Shown one piece after another: positions 48,268 to 59,939 of a stretch of 64,000 nucleotides of DNA. Position 1 is the first letter of the stretch, and each line of letters opens with the position of its first letter. The notes beneath the pieces were generated by a model, which did not search any database, was not told the DNA's origin, and saw only the letters and a program-made list of their open reading frames with translations. The stretch comes from Selaginella moellendorffii (lineage: Eukaryota > Plantae > Lycopodiophyta): NCBI RefSeq assembly GCF_000143415.4, contig NW_003314294.1:305402-369401 (forward strand). The letters run 5' to 3'. The position numbers and the translations under genes are program-made.

Positions 48268-49410
48268 CTAGGCTAGTGCCGGAGCTAGTGCTCGGCGCAG
48301 TGCCAAAGCTGGTGCCAGTGGTGCCGGAGCTGGATGAAACTCTGGAGGTACTACTAGATGAAGCTCTGGAGGTACTGCTGGAGCTGATGCCGGAATTGCT
48401 CGACCTGGGGCCAAAAATGATGCTATCGAAGGTAGAAACTCTGGTGTTGGAGATAGTGTTGAACACTGTATTGAAAGTGGTGCTAGAAATGGTTGTGGCG
48501 GTGCGCTTTCTGTGGGTGACTCCAACCATGGCTCTTCACTACCCCAATCCCATGTCTCCCAAACTGGAGGGGGAGGTGGTGGAGGCGAAGGTGGAGGCGC
48601 CATCGATAATGGAGTCTCGTGATCACTCTCATCCTCACTTCCACCACCACCACCACCACCACCTACGATACCACCAACACCTGCGATACCACCACCACCG
48701 CTACCGCCGATATCACCACCATTGCCACTGTCGCTGCCACCAGAGCCTCCCACAATTACTGGAATTACTGGAGGGGGCTTCGATAGCAATGGGGCAGGAC
48801 CTATAGAGGGCGTGGAGGAAGAGGCAGTCGATGGCACGCTCGAGGATGGTGGAGATGAGGCGGAGAAACTTGGAGATGGGGCTGCTGCTGGTGAGGAGGA
48901 GAAAGGGACGCTCACTGCTGGTGGCGAGGAGACGCTCACTGCTGGTGGTGAGGAGGATCTTGGCGCTGTGAAATTCGTTGGCGTGCTTACCGGGGCGGGG
49001 CTTGGAGATGGGGCCAAGAAGGGCGATGACACACTCATCGGAGATGAGGCTGCTGCTGGTGAGGAGGAGAAAGGGACGCTCACTGCTGGTGGCGAGGAGA
49101 CGCTCACTGCTGGTGGTGAGGAGGATCTTGGCGCTGTGAAATTCGTTGGCGTGCTTACCGGGGCGGGGCTTGGAGATGGGGCCAAGGAGGGCGATGACAC
49201 ACTCATCGGAGATGAGGATGGGGCTGCCGCTGCCGCTGCCGCGCTTATTGGGCCAGACGACGATCCAGGAGATGGGGCGCTATCCGGGGCTGGCGCCCAT
49301 GTCGTGGATAGCCGGGCAGAGAATGCCGCTTCTTCATCCGGATCCGACAGCTTGCATGCAGGCGTCGAGAGATTCGCAACAACAAGCTCTTGCGCCCACG
49401 GCACCGCCAT
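48268..49410 (-). CDS. Pro/Ser/Ala-rich (AGP/extensin-like) protein, probably truncated by a premature stop before a C-terminal hydrophobic anchor
   Basis: 380-aa ORF with AP/SP dipeptides, a Gly-rich linker and a WETWDWGSEEPWLESP motif. An in-frame hydrophobic stretch VFEVFSIPLFPLLPLMLFIALLWTW follows the TAG. Confidence 0.55.
   Translation of the reverse strand: MAVPWAQELVVANLSTPACKLSDPDEEAAFSARLSTTWAPAPDSAPSPGSSSGPISAAAAAAAPSSSPMSVSSPSLAPSPSPAPVSTPTNFTAPRSSSPPAVSVSSPPAVSVPFSSSPAAASSPMSVSSPFLAPSPSPAPVSTPTNFTAPRSSSPPAVSVSSPPAVSVPFSSSPAAAPSPSFSASSPPSSSVPSTASSSTPSIGPAPLLSKPPPVIPVIVGGSGGSDSGNGGDIGGSGGGGIAGVGGIVGGGGGGGGSEDESDHETPLSMAPPPSPPPPPPPVWETWDWGSEEPWLESPTESAPPQPFLAPLSIQCSTLSPTPEFLPSIASFLAPGRAIPASAPAVPPELHLVVPPEFHPAPAPLAPALALRRALAPALA
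48881..49216. repeat. 168-bp tandem duplication (56 aa) inside Pro/Ser-rich ORF
   Basis: GCTGCTGCTGGTGAGGAGGAGAAAGGG... starts at 48881 and 49049; copies near-identical. Confidence 0.9.
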
Positions 49411-49421
49411 AGAACCCTAGC

Positions 49422-52400
49422 TCACAAAATGGGCGGGAGACTATAAACTTTTATCCTTCTTTGCTTAGGATGATTGTGCTTGGTTTTCCTGCGCAGACAC
49501 CCCGACGCAACAGAGATGTTAACGTTGGAGAGCAGCACGTATGGAGCACTGTCATGTCGATCCAGCTCCATAGCCTCGTCCGCCGCTCTCCTAGCCCGCT
49601 TCAAATGCCCGTGAGTTCCACACGCCCCCAGCAAGCTCGTCCACCCCACGCTGCCAGGATTAAACGGCATGCTGTGGAGCAAATCCTCAGCCTCCTCCAG
49701 CTTCACAGCGCGCGATAGAACCGTCACAACGCCCGAGTAGTGATCGAAAGTTGGAGTGATCCTGTCCTCGATCATCGACTGGAAGTACCACTTACACTCG
49801 TCAACGAGGCCGGTGTGGCCACACGCCAACAGGAAAGTCGGCTCCAGCGGTTTGTAGCCGTGGAGCTCGAAGAGGCGGTAGAACCAGAGCGTGTCGATGC
49901 CGTAGCCATGGTGAGCGTGGGCTGCGATGATCCCGTGCCAGCACACACGGCGTTCTTGGCATCCATCCTCTCGAACATACGTCGAGCTTGCCACACTTTG
50001 CGTAGAGATTAAACGCCGCGCACTCCACCGCCGTGTTCCGCTCCAGCTCGGGGCTCTGCCTCACGGCCTGCTCGAAGATCTTCCTCCCGCTGTCGAGCAG
50101 CCTCGCGTTGGAGCAAACGCTGAGGATGTTGGTGATGGTGTGGGCGTCGGGTGTTACGTTGCTCTCGCTGACCATCTTGCTGTAGAGCTCGAGAGCGTGC
50201 CACCGTTTTGAGCGTAGGCCGCGATCATGGCGTTCCAGGCCATCACGTCCGGTTGGAGCTGCTCGAAGACGTGGAACGCAGCGTCAACCTGGTTGCACCT
50301 GGCGTACATGTGGACGAGAGCGGTCTTGAGGCTGAGGTCGGAGCTATATCTGCTGGAAGAGACTTGCTCGTGGATCCTGTATCCTTCTCTCACGGCTCCA
50401 GGCATCGAGCAAGCAGCGAGAGCTCCAGCGAAAGTCCCCTCGTTGGCTTTGATCCCTGCGGAGCTCATCTCCCAGTAGAGCCGGACACCGTCCTCGTAAG
50501 CTACCAGCATCGCGTTCCAGCAGTTTGCGCTGGATTTGAGGTGCCTGGGTACATGGAGATGAGCGCACCTGCACAGCCGTGTCCGTGAAGAACTTACAGA
50601 GTCTGTCAAACGGTGAATGACTATACCTTCCCAGAGTGACTCCATAGCCGAGCACGCAGCGATGACCGCCAGCATCGTCACCTCGGTCGGCTGGACTCCT
50701 TCCAGGATCATCCCCCGGTAGAGCCTGAGAGCTCTTCGAGCGTCACCACCTTGGACGTAAGCACGACTTCATCCGCTTGAACACCGCCTTGGCTTCGCGA
50801 ATCTCTCCACAGCTCGCATACATTTTAATAAGCGCGTTGAGAACCACCGGAGATTGAGAGCAGTCCTTGGAGGCTACGTGAAGCTTCTGACAATCTTTAA
50901 GCTCCGCACAGGCGCTTAGAATGCTCGAGAGTGTCGACTCATCCGCATCCAAGCCTCGCTGCTTCATCATGTCGTAAAGATCGACAGCGGCCCTGCTGTA
51001 TCCTCCTGCTCGTAGGCCGTGATCATCGCATTCCACACCACGACCGCCTTTGTGTCCTTGCAGCTCTGGAAAATCGACAGCTCCAGCCTCCCACACTTAA
51101 CGTACATGTTGGTGAGTGCTGCCACCAGAACTCCATCGCTGAATCCATCTCTCCTCGCCAAGACCAGTGCATGCAGCGCCTGCCGGAGCTCCAAATCGTT
51201 GGCATTGGAACAGGCGCTCAGAACGCTGGTGAAAGTCACCTTGTCCGGCTCCATGCCTTCTCCCTCCATCTCGGTTCCTCCCGTGCTGAGTGTAGGCCAC
51301 GATCAAAGCCGTCCAGGAGACCACATCGTGAGCTCTCACTTTCGAGAAAACTCGGCTGCCCGCGTCAAGTTCGTTGCACTTCCCATACATGCTGATGAGA
51401 GCGTTCTGGACCTTGATGTTGGAGTCGTAGCCGTGATCAACGCCCGAGTTTTAGCAGTCGTAAGCTTGCAGAGATACCCAGAGCAATCACCACCGTAACT
51501 TCGTCCCGATGGACTTTCTGCGCCACCATCTCGTGATAGACTTCAAGAGCTTCCCTGTCCAGATTATTCTGTGTGTAAGCTCCCAGCATCGCGTTCCAGG
51601 ACACCACATTCTTGTGCTGGATCCCATTGAAAACTTGTCTCGCCATGCCAACTTTCCCGAACTTGCGATACATGGTCACGATGGCAGTGGCCACGGTCAC
51701 ATTGGCTTCCAGGTGAGAGCCTCGAATACGATCTTGGATCCGCTTTCCCACCTCCCGATGATCCAGCATCAAAGAGCAAGCGTTGAAAACGCTTGCAAAG
51801 GTGACTTCGTTGGGCTCCAGTTCCATCCTCTCGAAAAGCTCCAGCGCCTGCACGGCCTCTCCTTGCTGAGAACAAGCAGCGATCATAGCGTTCCAGGAGA
51901 CCACGCTCTTGCTCTCGATCTTGTCAAAGACGGCCCTCGCAACGTCTAGTCGAAGCGCGTTCTGGACGACGATCGATGACGAGAGACCCTAAACCCTGGC
52001 ATGAGCTCTGGAATGGATCTTCTTCCCTTCCTCGAGCGAGGAGAAAGCTCCCAGGATCCCAGCGAAAGTTGTGTCGCTGGCTTTCAATCCGAAACCTTCC
52101 ATCTCCTCGCAGAGCTGCCGAGCTTAGTCGCTATGCCCGCCCTGGGCATATGCCGCGATCATCGAGTTCCAGCATATCATGTCCCTGTTCTCGATCCGAT
52201 CGAACACCTCGCAGCCTGCCACAGCGGGCATACATCTTCACGAGCCCAGTCTCCACAACTATCCCACTCTGGAACTCGCCACTGGAAATCCTGGCATGGA
52301 TCCTCCGGCCTTCTTCCAGATCCCTCAAGATGGAGCAAGCGCCAAGGACGCTGGAAAGAGTAGCGCTGTCGGGCTTGATCCCCGCCGAGTCCATGTCTCG

Positions 52401-52718
52401 ATCGCCTTGTGGCCCCGATGGTGAAGTTCCAGGAGAAGAGGCTTCTTCGCGGGAGGGCATGGAAGACCTGGATGGCGACGTCGACGCTGCCGCATTTGCC
52501 ATACGTCTGGAGGAGGTGATTGCCGAGGAATCCATCGCTGTCGAGGGCGTGGCCCTGCGGTAGGGGGGTCGCACTGCCGCAGTGCTTGAGGGCGACTGGA
52601 ATTGCAAATGGTAGAGACCGTCGTCGAGGCGTGCCAATCGCTGCAAGGGAGAATCGATGATCGCTGTGCTGAGGAGACGCCGCCGCGCTTTTCGAAAGCT
52701 TGTATCATTTCCCGGCAT
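49422..52718 (-). pseudogene. Long PLS-class PPR (E-domain) RNA-editing-factor-like pseudogene
   Basis: Many P/L/S motifs (VSWNAMIAA, EPNEVTFASVFNAC, TALVHMYARC) and an E-domain-like end (ACGHTGLVDE..HYSGVVTVLSRA..WTSLLGAC..APYVLLSNV). Split across frames by many small deletions. Confidence 0.9.
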
Positions 52719-53489
52719 TCGTTTGAGGACGAGGATCCTGTTTAGGGTATTCTTGTTGTTATATATGGCTTGCTATCGATAAGAGTGAATGTTAGTCAGG
52801 TATGCTCAAAGGCATTTCTACTAGTTAGATTATAAAATTTGTCTTAAAACACCCTTCCTTTCTCTGCTACAACTTACACCGACCGGAGTACATGAAGGAC
52901 GCACTGCGCACCTGACACTCACACAAATTACATGCAGCTACTGTCAGCAAGTACTTGAAACAAACTATCTGCAAGTTCTTAAAAAAAAACTATCGCTGAT
53001 GCCGGTTTTGTTGCCCCCCTTTCGAAAGTTTTTTGCTCTAGTCCAGCAAACAGGTCGCTAGTGTCATATCTTAGGCGGCTCAAGCTCTACATCGACGACG
53101 CGCTCGACGAGCCCCCGATCGACAAGATCGTCATCGCGCCTCATGGAAAATCCGCGTGGCTTTCTCGATTGATCCTGGCATGAGCCGCGCAGCGATCAGG
53201 GCATCGGATTGATCAGTTGATCGATGCTCTGCGAGTGATTGCGAGTGAAAGCGTGAAGGATCAAGCAGCATTCGGTAGAGGATCACAGTTTTCTAGATTT
53301 TCTAGCGAGAGTCCCCCGAGTTCCAGCTCTCTGGCGGGGCAGCTCGCCCGGAGATCTCCTCGAGTGGTCACTAGAGGTGGAACGCAATGAAATTCTCAAG
53401 CATTCCAGCAGCTCGAAAACTCAAGATTCGAGATGGAGAATGCTCTAGGAGCTCTATGCTCATGTTGGAAGCTGAAACGCCCAGTGGGA

Positions 53490-53578
53490 TGGATGGCAAA
53501 ATGCCAAATGGAAGATGGAGTTCAATGCCAACCGAGGTCTTGGATGGCAAGATGCCAAATGGAAGATGGAGCTCAATG
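53490..53578 (+). repeat. 38-bp direct duplication (period 51) at the protease 5' junction
   Basis: TGGATGGCAA(A/G)ATGCCAAATGGAAGATGGAG(T/C)TCAATG occurs twice. Confidence 0.85.
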
Positions 53579-54568
53579 TATGTTATCACTATCTTTTTGG
53601 TGACGATGTTATGTGTGGTAAATGCTCAAGTCGTGAGATTGCCATTGACTTTGAAAAGTCGGCCTGAATTTGGGCTTTGGGCCACAATACCTATAAATGG
53701 GCTTCCAGTTTCATTTCTTGTGGATACTGGATCAGCTGCTCCATTTGTTTTGGATGAACCTGATTTAGATAGAATTCGGGGATCATTTGGACAAGCACAT
53801 GAAATTGAGGGGAAAAATTGTGTTTATTGCACAAACATAAGCTATGCTGGTGGACATTGGGTTAAAGGTCATTTTAAAGAATCTCAGTGGCTAGTTGGTA
53901 ATAAACTAAAGCAAACTAGATTTTTATTAGCTAATGAATGGAGTGGCAAAGGATTAGATGGATCTCGTGGAAGTACGGTGAAAGCTTTACTGGGTTTTGG
54001 ACAAAGAGAAGATTCCATAATTAGCCAGTGGAAATACGACAGATTTAGTCATTGGCATAATGGTGATCGAGGTGAAATAGTCTTTGGGGTATCTGGACAT
54101 CCTAAAGGTGCTGTTATCATTAAATTGGCTAATGCTGATACTGTTTACAAAACGCAAGTATACAGGTTGACATATGATTCGGAATCTATCGCTGTGAATT
54201 TGAATATTCCATGGGACACTGGAACTGAAAACACATGGTTCGACAGTAAATTGTACGGATTAATTGCCAGGAAGATGCTTTCTACGATAAGTGATATATA
54301 TTTCAACAAAACACTTGACACGGCATGCTCTCCTAAAATTGCATTTAATTTGCAATTACCACCCATACAAATTGATCTTGGACAAGGAATTTTAAAAATT
54401 CCAAAATCAAGCTATATGTCACCTATTGATGGAGTGGGATTATGTGTGAATTTTAGATTGGATGAAGGAAGAAAACCAATAAATATTATTGGTTTGTCTT
54501 TTTTGAAAAATTTGAGAGTTACATACGATTTAAGGTCACGAACTATGTCTTACATTCAAGAAATGTAA
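53576..54568 (+). CDS. Secreted pepsin-family (A1, nepenthesin/TAXi-like) aspartic protease, intronless; ORF open from 53387
   Basis: Signal peptide MYVITIFLVTMLCVVNA. Both catalytic motifs are present (LVDTGS, PWDTGT), plus flap Tyr (ISYAGG), LLGFG..SIISQ and IIGLSFLKNLRVTYDL. Confidence 0.85.
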   Translation: MYVITIFLVTMLCVVNAQVVRLPLTLKSRPEFGLWATIPINGLPVSFLVDTGSAAPFVLDEPDLDRIRGSFGQAHEIEGKNCVYCTNISYAGGHWVKGHFKESQWLVGNKLKQTRFLLANEWSGKGLDGSRGSTVKALLGFGQREDSIISQWKYDRFSHWHNGDRGEIVFGVSGHPKGAVIIKLANADTVYKTQVYRLTYDSESIAVNLNIPWDTGTENTWFDSKLYGLIARKMLSTISDIYFNKTLDTACSPKIAFNLQLPPIQIDLGQGILKIPKSSYMSPIDGVGLCVNFRLDEGRKPINIIGLSFLKNLRVTYDLRSRTMSYIQEM

Positions 54569-56204
54569 AACTATATATATCCTTAAAACGAACAGGAAAA
54601 TTTCCCTCACCTAAGCTTTACCTATGAAGGCAGAGTTAGAGGCGAGGCTGATAAAAGAAGGGGAGAAAAACTAACTGAGGAAGCCCAGCCAAACCTGCTT
54701 GCCAGTAGACCCCCCTCAGACCCATTCCTCAAAAGCTCAAATTCTTGTGGAATTCTTCATAAGTTCAGGGTCTGATATAGATTTTGGTGCTGGAACTTCA
54801 CTTCCCTGCTTGTTTTCCAGCGCGTTGGCACTCCATTGCCAAGCTCGCACTGCCGACAGTGAGCTCGCGAGCCGTGAGTCCATGGGTATTTCTGAGTTCT
54901 CTTTTAAAAGCTGTGATCACCAGCTCTGGAAAATCTCACTCGATAAGAAAAGGCCATGCCTTGCCGAGCTCCAAATCGTTGGCATTGAAACAGGCGCTCA
55001 GAATGCTGGTGAGCTTCCGGTGACTTTCTAGCTGCTACTCACGTTTTCTTATTTTGGCGTTTTGGTTGGGGAAGGGGACTGCGCGAAGGCCGTGGGAATC
55101 CAGAGCTCATCTTTTGTTATCCATAACTGAGACCAGCATCCGGAGGTCCCCCTCACGGAGATCAAGCGTTGCACGCCTGCTTGTAGAACTCAAGAGCTGC
55201 CGGGAGAGCATGGAAGATCTGGATGGCGTCGTCGACGCTGCCGACGAATAGTAGGAATATGCCTATAATTTTTAACTATAATTATTCGGTCAGAATATAG
55301 ATTCAGAAACTACACATGTCTTTGACATTCAGTCAGTTTTTTTCAATGGTGCAGTTATATCCGCAATAATTGAATCAGTTAATAACATTTATGATAATAG
55401 TCCCTGTTATTCTGGATTTTCATTTACAACCCTAGACTTACTATTATATTATCAAACTCAAGGTGGTGGCTTATACTCGCAATAAAAGGATGGAAGAAGC
55501 AAAAGGCCCTTCTGACCGTGCTTGGCAGCCCCAATACACGAAATCTGTTCTGACCCAATATCTAGTTGCTGAGGATAAGCATAAGGAAAACTTGCAAGTG
55601 GTCTTGTTTTTCTGTTTGGAAACGCTTATTTGACAAGCAAACTAACCTTCCATATTTCTATTTGATCTTGTATTGATCTATAGGCTACAAAGAATAAATA
55701 GTGCTGCATTGATCATCTACAGGCTCACATTCTGGCCCTATCGGTCTAAGATGATTCTTTATTATCATTATTATTACTATTTGACTTGCTGGTATTTTTT
55801 TAATTTGTTGATATAATGTTATTAAGATTTTCAAGCTGCTTAATTATTAATCTCGCAGCTTAATTTGGTTTTTATATTAATATTATAAATATCTTGTTGG
55901 TTTTATGATTTTTTATATGATTAAATATAAAGTTTTATCTACATTTTGTAATTTATAAATGCTACTTACAATATAAATAACGTGTGATCATTTAATGGCG
56001 TGATTCTAAGTAAAGAACTGGATGCTCTTGTATTGCCTTTGTGATTTGGACGTGCCATTAGAAATATTTCTTTTTAGCTGGTCATGTATCTTTTGCCACT
56101 AAGTGTCTAGAGCTCTTGGTTTATTCAAAACACTCTCAAACCATATAGAGAATTTTTATTGATTGTATGCCCCTCCCTAGTATATCTCATGATTATAAGT
56201 GAGT

Positions 56205-56640
56205 GCCATGCAAGCAAGAGTTATAGTAGCGAGTGGGAGCTGGGTCACAGGCTGATGATCTTCTCCAACACCTCTGCCTCACAAGTGATCATTCCAGCTT
56301 CAAGAGCATTCTCTTTGCACCTCTGGAAAATCTCCAGGAAAACACCTCTCACTTTGGAGAGTGTCAAGCTTGTTTTGGCAATTTTTTAAGAGTTTCGAAT
56401 GTTACACAAGATGCCAAATACATGCTGGACAAAGTAGCACTGTCAGGCTTGATCCCCAAGGAGTCCATGCTCCTGAACATTTCATGCCTGTTCTTGGCAA
56501 AGGAAGAGCTCGACAGTGTTGTTGATGCTGTTGCATTTGCCATACGTGATTGGCAAGGAATCCATCACTGGTGAGGCTTCTGGTGACAATGGTATATGAA
56601 TCCACCCCTGCTGTAAGGCTGCCACATTACCACAGTGCTT
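56205..56640. pseudogene. Mosaic remnant: papain I29 prodomain fragment (+, 56205-56275) and PPR fragment (-, 56420-56640)
   Basis: KSYSSEWELGHRLMIFSNT versus KSYSSDWEKARRLMIFSDT (27150-27210). The PPR piece matches 38170-38400. Confidence 0.65.
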
Positions 56641-57894
56641 GAGAAGCAAGGACATTGGGAGAATTGATGATGGAGATGCTGGAGTTTGTCCAAAGATTTA
56701 AAAAAATGGGATAAATCCATTAATAAATAATCCATTATTAATGGGATAAATTTTTATCTCATTTTTTAAATTTATAATGAAGATGTTTATTTTAGGGGTG
56801 TAAAGAATATATTTAAAATATTTGAACCTTAAACCTTCTCTAATTCACTCCTAAGGATAAGTTACAAGATTGAAAATGTAATGCATTGCCACATCTTGTA
56901 ATTGAGAATAGGCTAAGGCTGTTGTCTAGGGGCAGGGATTTTTTCATGGTAAATTGTTGGCAATGAATATATTATTATTGCCTCTGATTACTTGATTCAT
57001 TGAGTGGAGAGTTGATGCTTTTGCTAATGTGTCAAGGACTGCTATTAGGTACTTCCTCCTCAATCGAGTGGTGTTTTAGCATTCATGTCTAGAGTGGATT
57101 TCTCTTGGATAATGGTTTTATATTTATGGTTGAGGCATTTCACATTATAACATTTTGGCTTGGGATATGTTAAACTTTTATAAGTGTTTATCATCCATAG
57201 ATCGATAGTTTGGTGGAATAGCTTATCTAGACCTTCAAAAGGATCATTACAAAATATATGAATTTTCAACATTCGAATTAGGATGGTTATTTGCCATCTT
57301 TTTGGTATATATATGTTATAGGAGTATAGAGTTTTGTTAATGCTTCACCATATAAATTTCTATATGGTTATAACCCGATATTATCAATAGAGTTGAGTTT
57401 ACCTTCACAATTGCCACAAGTTATTAATGTTAGGTTTTAGGATTAATATTTGGCAAGCATTCTTCCACTTGTTCGAGCAAAGTTTGCTAAACATTTGGGC
57501 TATGTACAAGTGGGACAATAATGGTATTATAACTCCCATCATCATCCACCTATAGAGTATAAAGTGGATGTCTATTTTCCCAATCTTATGGTACATAGTC
57601 TGTCTAAGGGGCTCTTGCTTAATGGAAGGGACCGTATCAAATGTTATGGCAACTTAGAACTCAAGTTTATAAGGTTCAACATGATATTCAATAGGCTAAT
57701 CCTCCAAAAATTGTGTATATCCAACAACTAAAACGTTTTGTATAAAGGAATCAAGAATATTAGTACCACCTACAAATCCACCAGTGGTTCCTCCTAATGC
57801 TCTTTCAAATTTTGGCCCATCAACTAAGGAACCTTGACTGCCTTCCATCCTTCTAAGAGGAGGGGATGATGTGAGGTCCAAGTATACAGTTATG

Positions 57895-58089
57895 TGTAAC
57901 CTCCTGAGTTTGGACTTCCCAGGAGGTCACTCAACCCAGTACTATTCAAACCCAAGGACGCTTAACCCCAAATATCCCAAGACCCTTAACCAATTGGAAA
58001 AGGGGGTGCACTCTTATTCATGGGCCCTTTCCCTTTATATTTGAACCCCTATGGACAGTCTCTCGAGTCGTTCCCTTTGGTTGCTTATA
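57895..58089 (-). mobile_element. Cassandra solo LTR
   Basis: Reverse complement of the 1136-1329 LTR including the 5S segment (GGACTTCCCAGGAGGTCAC..AGTACTA..CCAAGGACGCTTAAC). Perfect TSD TTATG at 57890-57894 and 58090-58094. Confidence 0.9.
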
Positions 58090-58199
58090 TTATGATGCAT
58101 GTACAATAATATTAGCATAATGGATTTTAATAGCCGTTAGATTAGTTTTAATCTAGACCACATTGTGAGGTGGTTCCTATTGGGTTCTTGTGGATATAA

Positions 58200-59385
58200 T
58201 ATATAATATAAGCCCCACTCTCACCTAGTCAGATGAAAACATGGAGGTATGGTTTGTGCTTTCACCAACAAACAACATAGGGCAGCCCTTTAGAGTCACG
58301 AGAGGAGAATACTTCTCTCTATAGGAGAAGCGCAAGTAATGCCACAGGTATCAGATGACAAGATCAAAAGATAAATTCCCAAACAGCTCAATATGGTAGA
58401 ATCTAACACCCTTCTAGAAGGGGATGGATTGGTGGTATAATGGTGCTAGCAGTTACTAGAGGATTTGGATTGGGACCCTGTAGCATGGCAACGAGGTGGG
58501 TTTTTCTTGTACACAGTCAAAGAGGCATATAATGGGCTGTTGACATCTCATGAAGAGGTGAGAGAGGAAATATCAAAATTGTGGTAGAAGTGGATGGCAC
58601 AAGGTGTGGATGCAAAGTAGATACTAGGAAACACATTAGACTTCTAGAAGCTCCCAATCCAGGAGAAGGCCAAAGTCACATCTTGGCTAGTGGCCAAAAG
58701 TGGTCTCCTAGTTGGCAACAATTTTGAGAGGAGGTGAAACAAAGGTGTAAAGAATGTGACAAGGTGGAAATAGTTAGTTATGCATTGTGGGAGTGTGATG
58801 TGGCTAAGGAGGTGTGGCTGTAGATCTTTACAGCAGTAAAGGAACTTGGGATCTCACAAGACTTCAAGGCTTGGTGTGGAGACGTCATACATTGGTTCGA
58901 GGGGGCTAGAGGCCTTGCCACAAGTCCCACATGAAGGTGCATCAGGTGTAGGGGACATCATGGCTGGGGGATTCATATGTGTTGGGATGAGACAAGGGTA
59001 GAGATAGGGGTCCTTGTGTGGGCCATATTAGATGGGCAGTCTAACGAGCGATGGGGGTCTAGTTTGTGTGGGAAGCATACAATTGAGCATATTTTGATGG
59101 GGTACAAGCCACGGTATTAGCAATTATGGCAGCATGGTGGAGGCTTACACTAGCAGCAGTATGACTACATCATGCCATCCTTAGAGACAAGAAGGAATGG
59201 CAAAAGGCATGCATTGGTGATTGCAATGAGATAGGAATTCATTGAAGATGCACACCCTAAACTTGATTATGCAGTCCGCATAGAATGTGGAGCTAGACTT
59301 GACATGATGAAGGAGACCCTAACTGCTCTAGAGTGTGAAGCAATAACATGTCTAATTTTTGTATTAACCCCTAAGGGGTATTGAG
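58200..59385 (+). mobile_element. L1-type LINE 3' remnant (zf-RVT region)
   Basis: YTVKEAY, KLPIQEKAKVTSWLV..L and RCKECDKVEIVSYALWECDVAKEVW. Confidence 0.65.
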
Positions 59386-59939
59386 GAATGTATATATATG
59401 TTTTATCAATCCGGATCATTTGCTCCTATATATAAGCTAGGGTTTTAAGCTAATTGATAAATACATTTCTATAATCCACTTCCATATTCCATGCACTCAC
59501 ATAAGCAATTAGTATTTATAATATATGAACTCTTTTTTTTTGCTTCTCTGGGTCTACTAATAAGAAGAAATTCATCATCCACTGAGTGTTATATATTTGC
59601 CATCTTTGAGTAACACTGGAGATGAATTGGTAAATTTTTAATATATACAAACTTAGTTTTTATTAGTTCATATCAGTAAAATAACTAAGGTTTTCCAGAA
59701 AATACTGTCTATAGCATCAAGCTCATCCAAAGGTTAGCAAAAGAAATACAAATCTCCATCCTTAAATAAAGAGGAATTTGTCCTAAAAAGGCTGCTGAGA
59801 AGCATGAACTGGAGGGGATAGGATGAAAGGCTGATGTAAAAATGTATATAAATGGCTAAATATATTAGTTTAATTATAAACATGAGATTAATCTATGAAC
59901 TTAAATAAAAGAATAAAGACGTGTTTAGGAAAGTTTATA

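Larger units (their letters stand above)
57000..59501 (+). mobile_element. Decayed Selgy-like integrase end plus PPT plus 3' LTR (57870-59501) carrying nested insertions
   Basis: WKGPYQ motif, PPT AAGAGGAGGGGATGA, and LTR halves TGTGAGGTCCAAG... and ...CCATGCACTCACA. Confidence 0.75.

Noticed and set aside
48276-49420. Plus-strand His-rich and Gly/Glu-rich ORFs
   Set aside because: Antisense shadows of the low-complexity Pro/Ser-rich minus-strand ORF.
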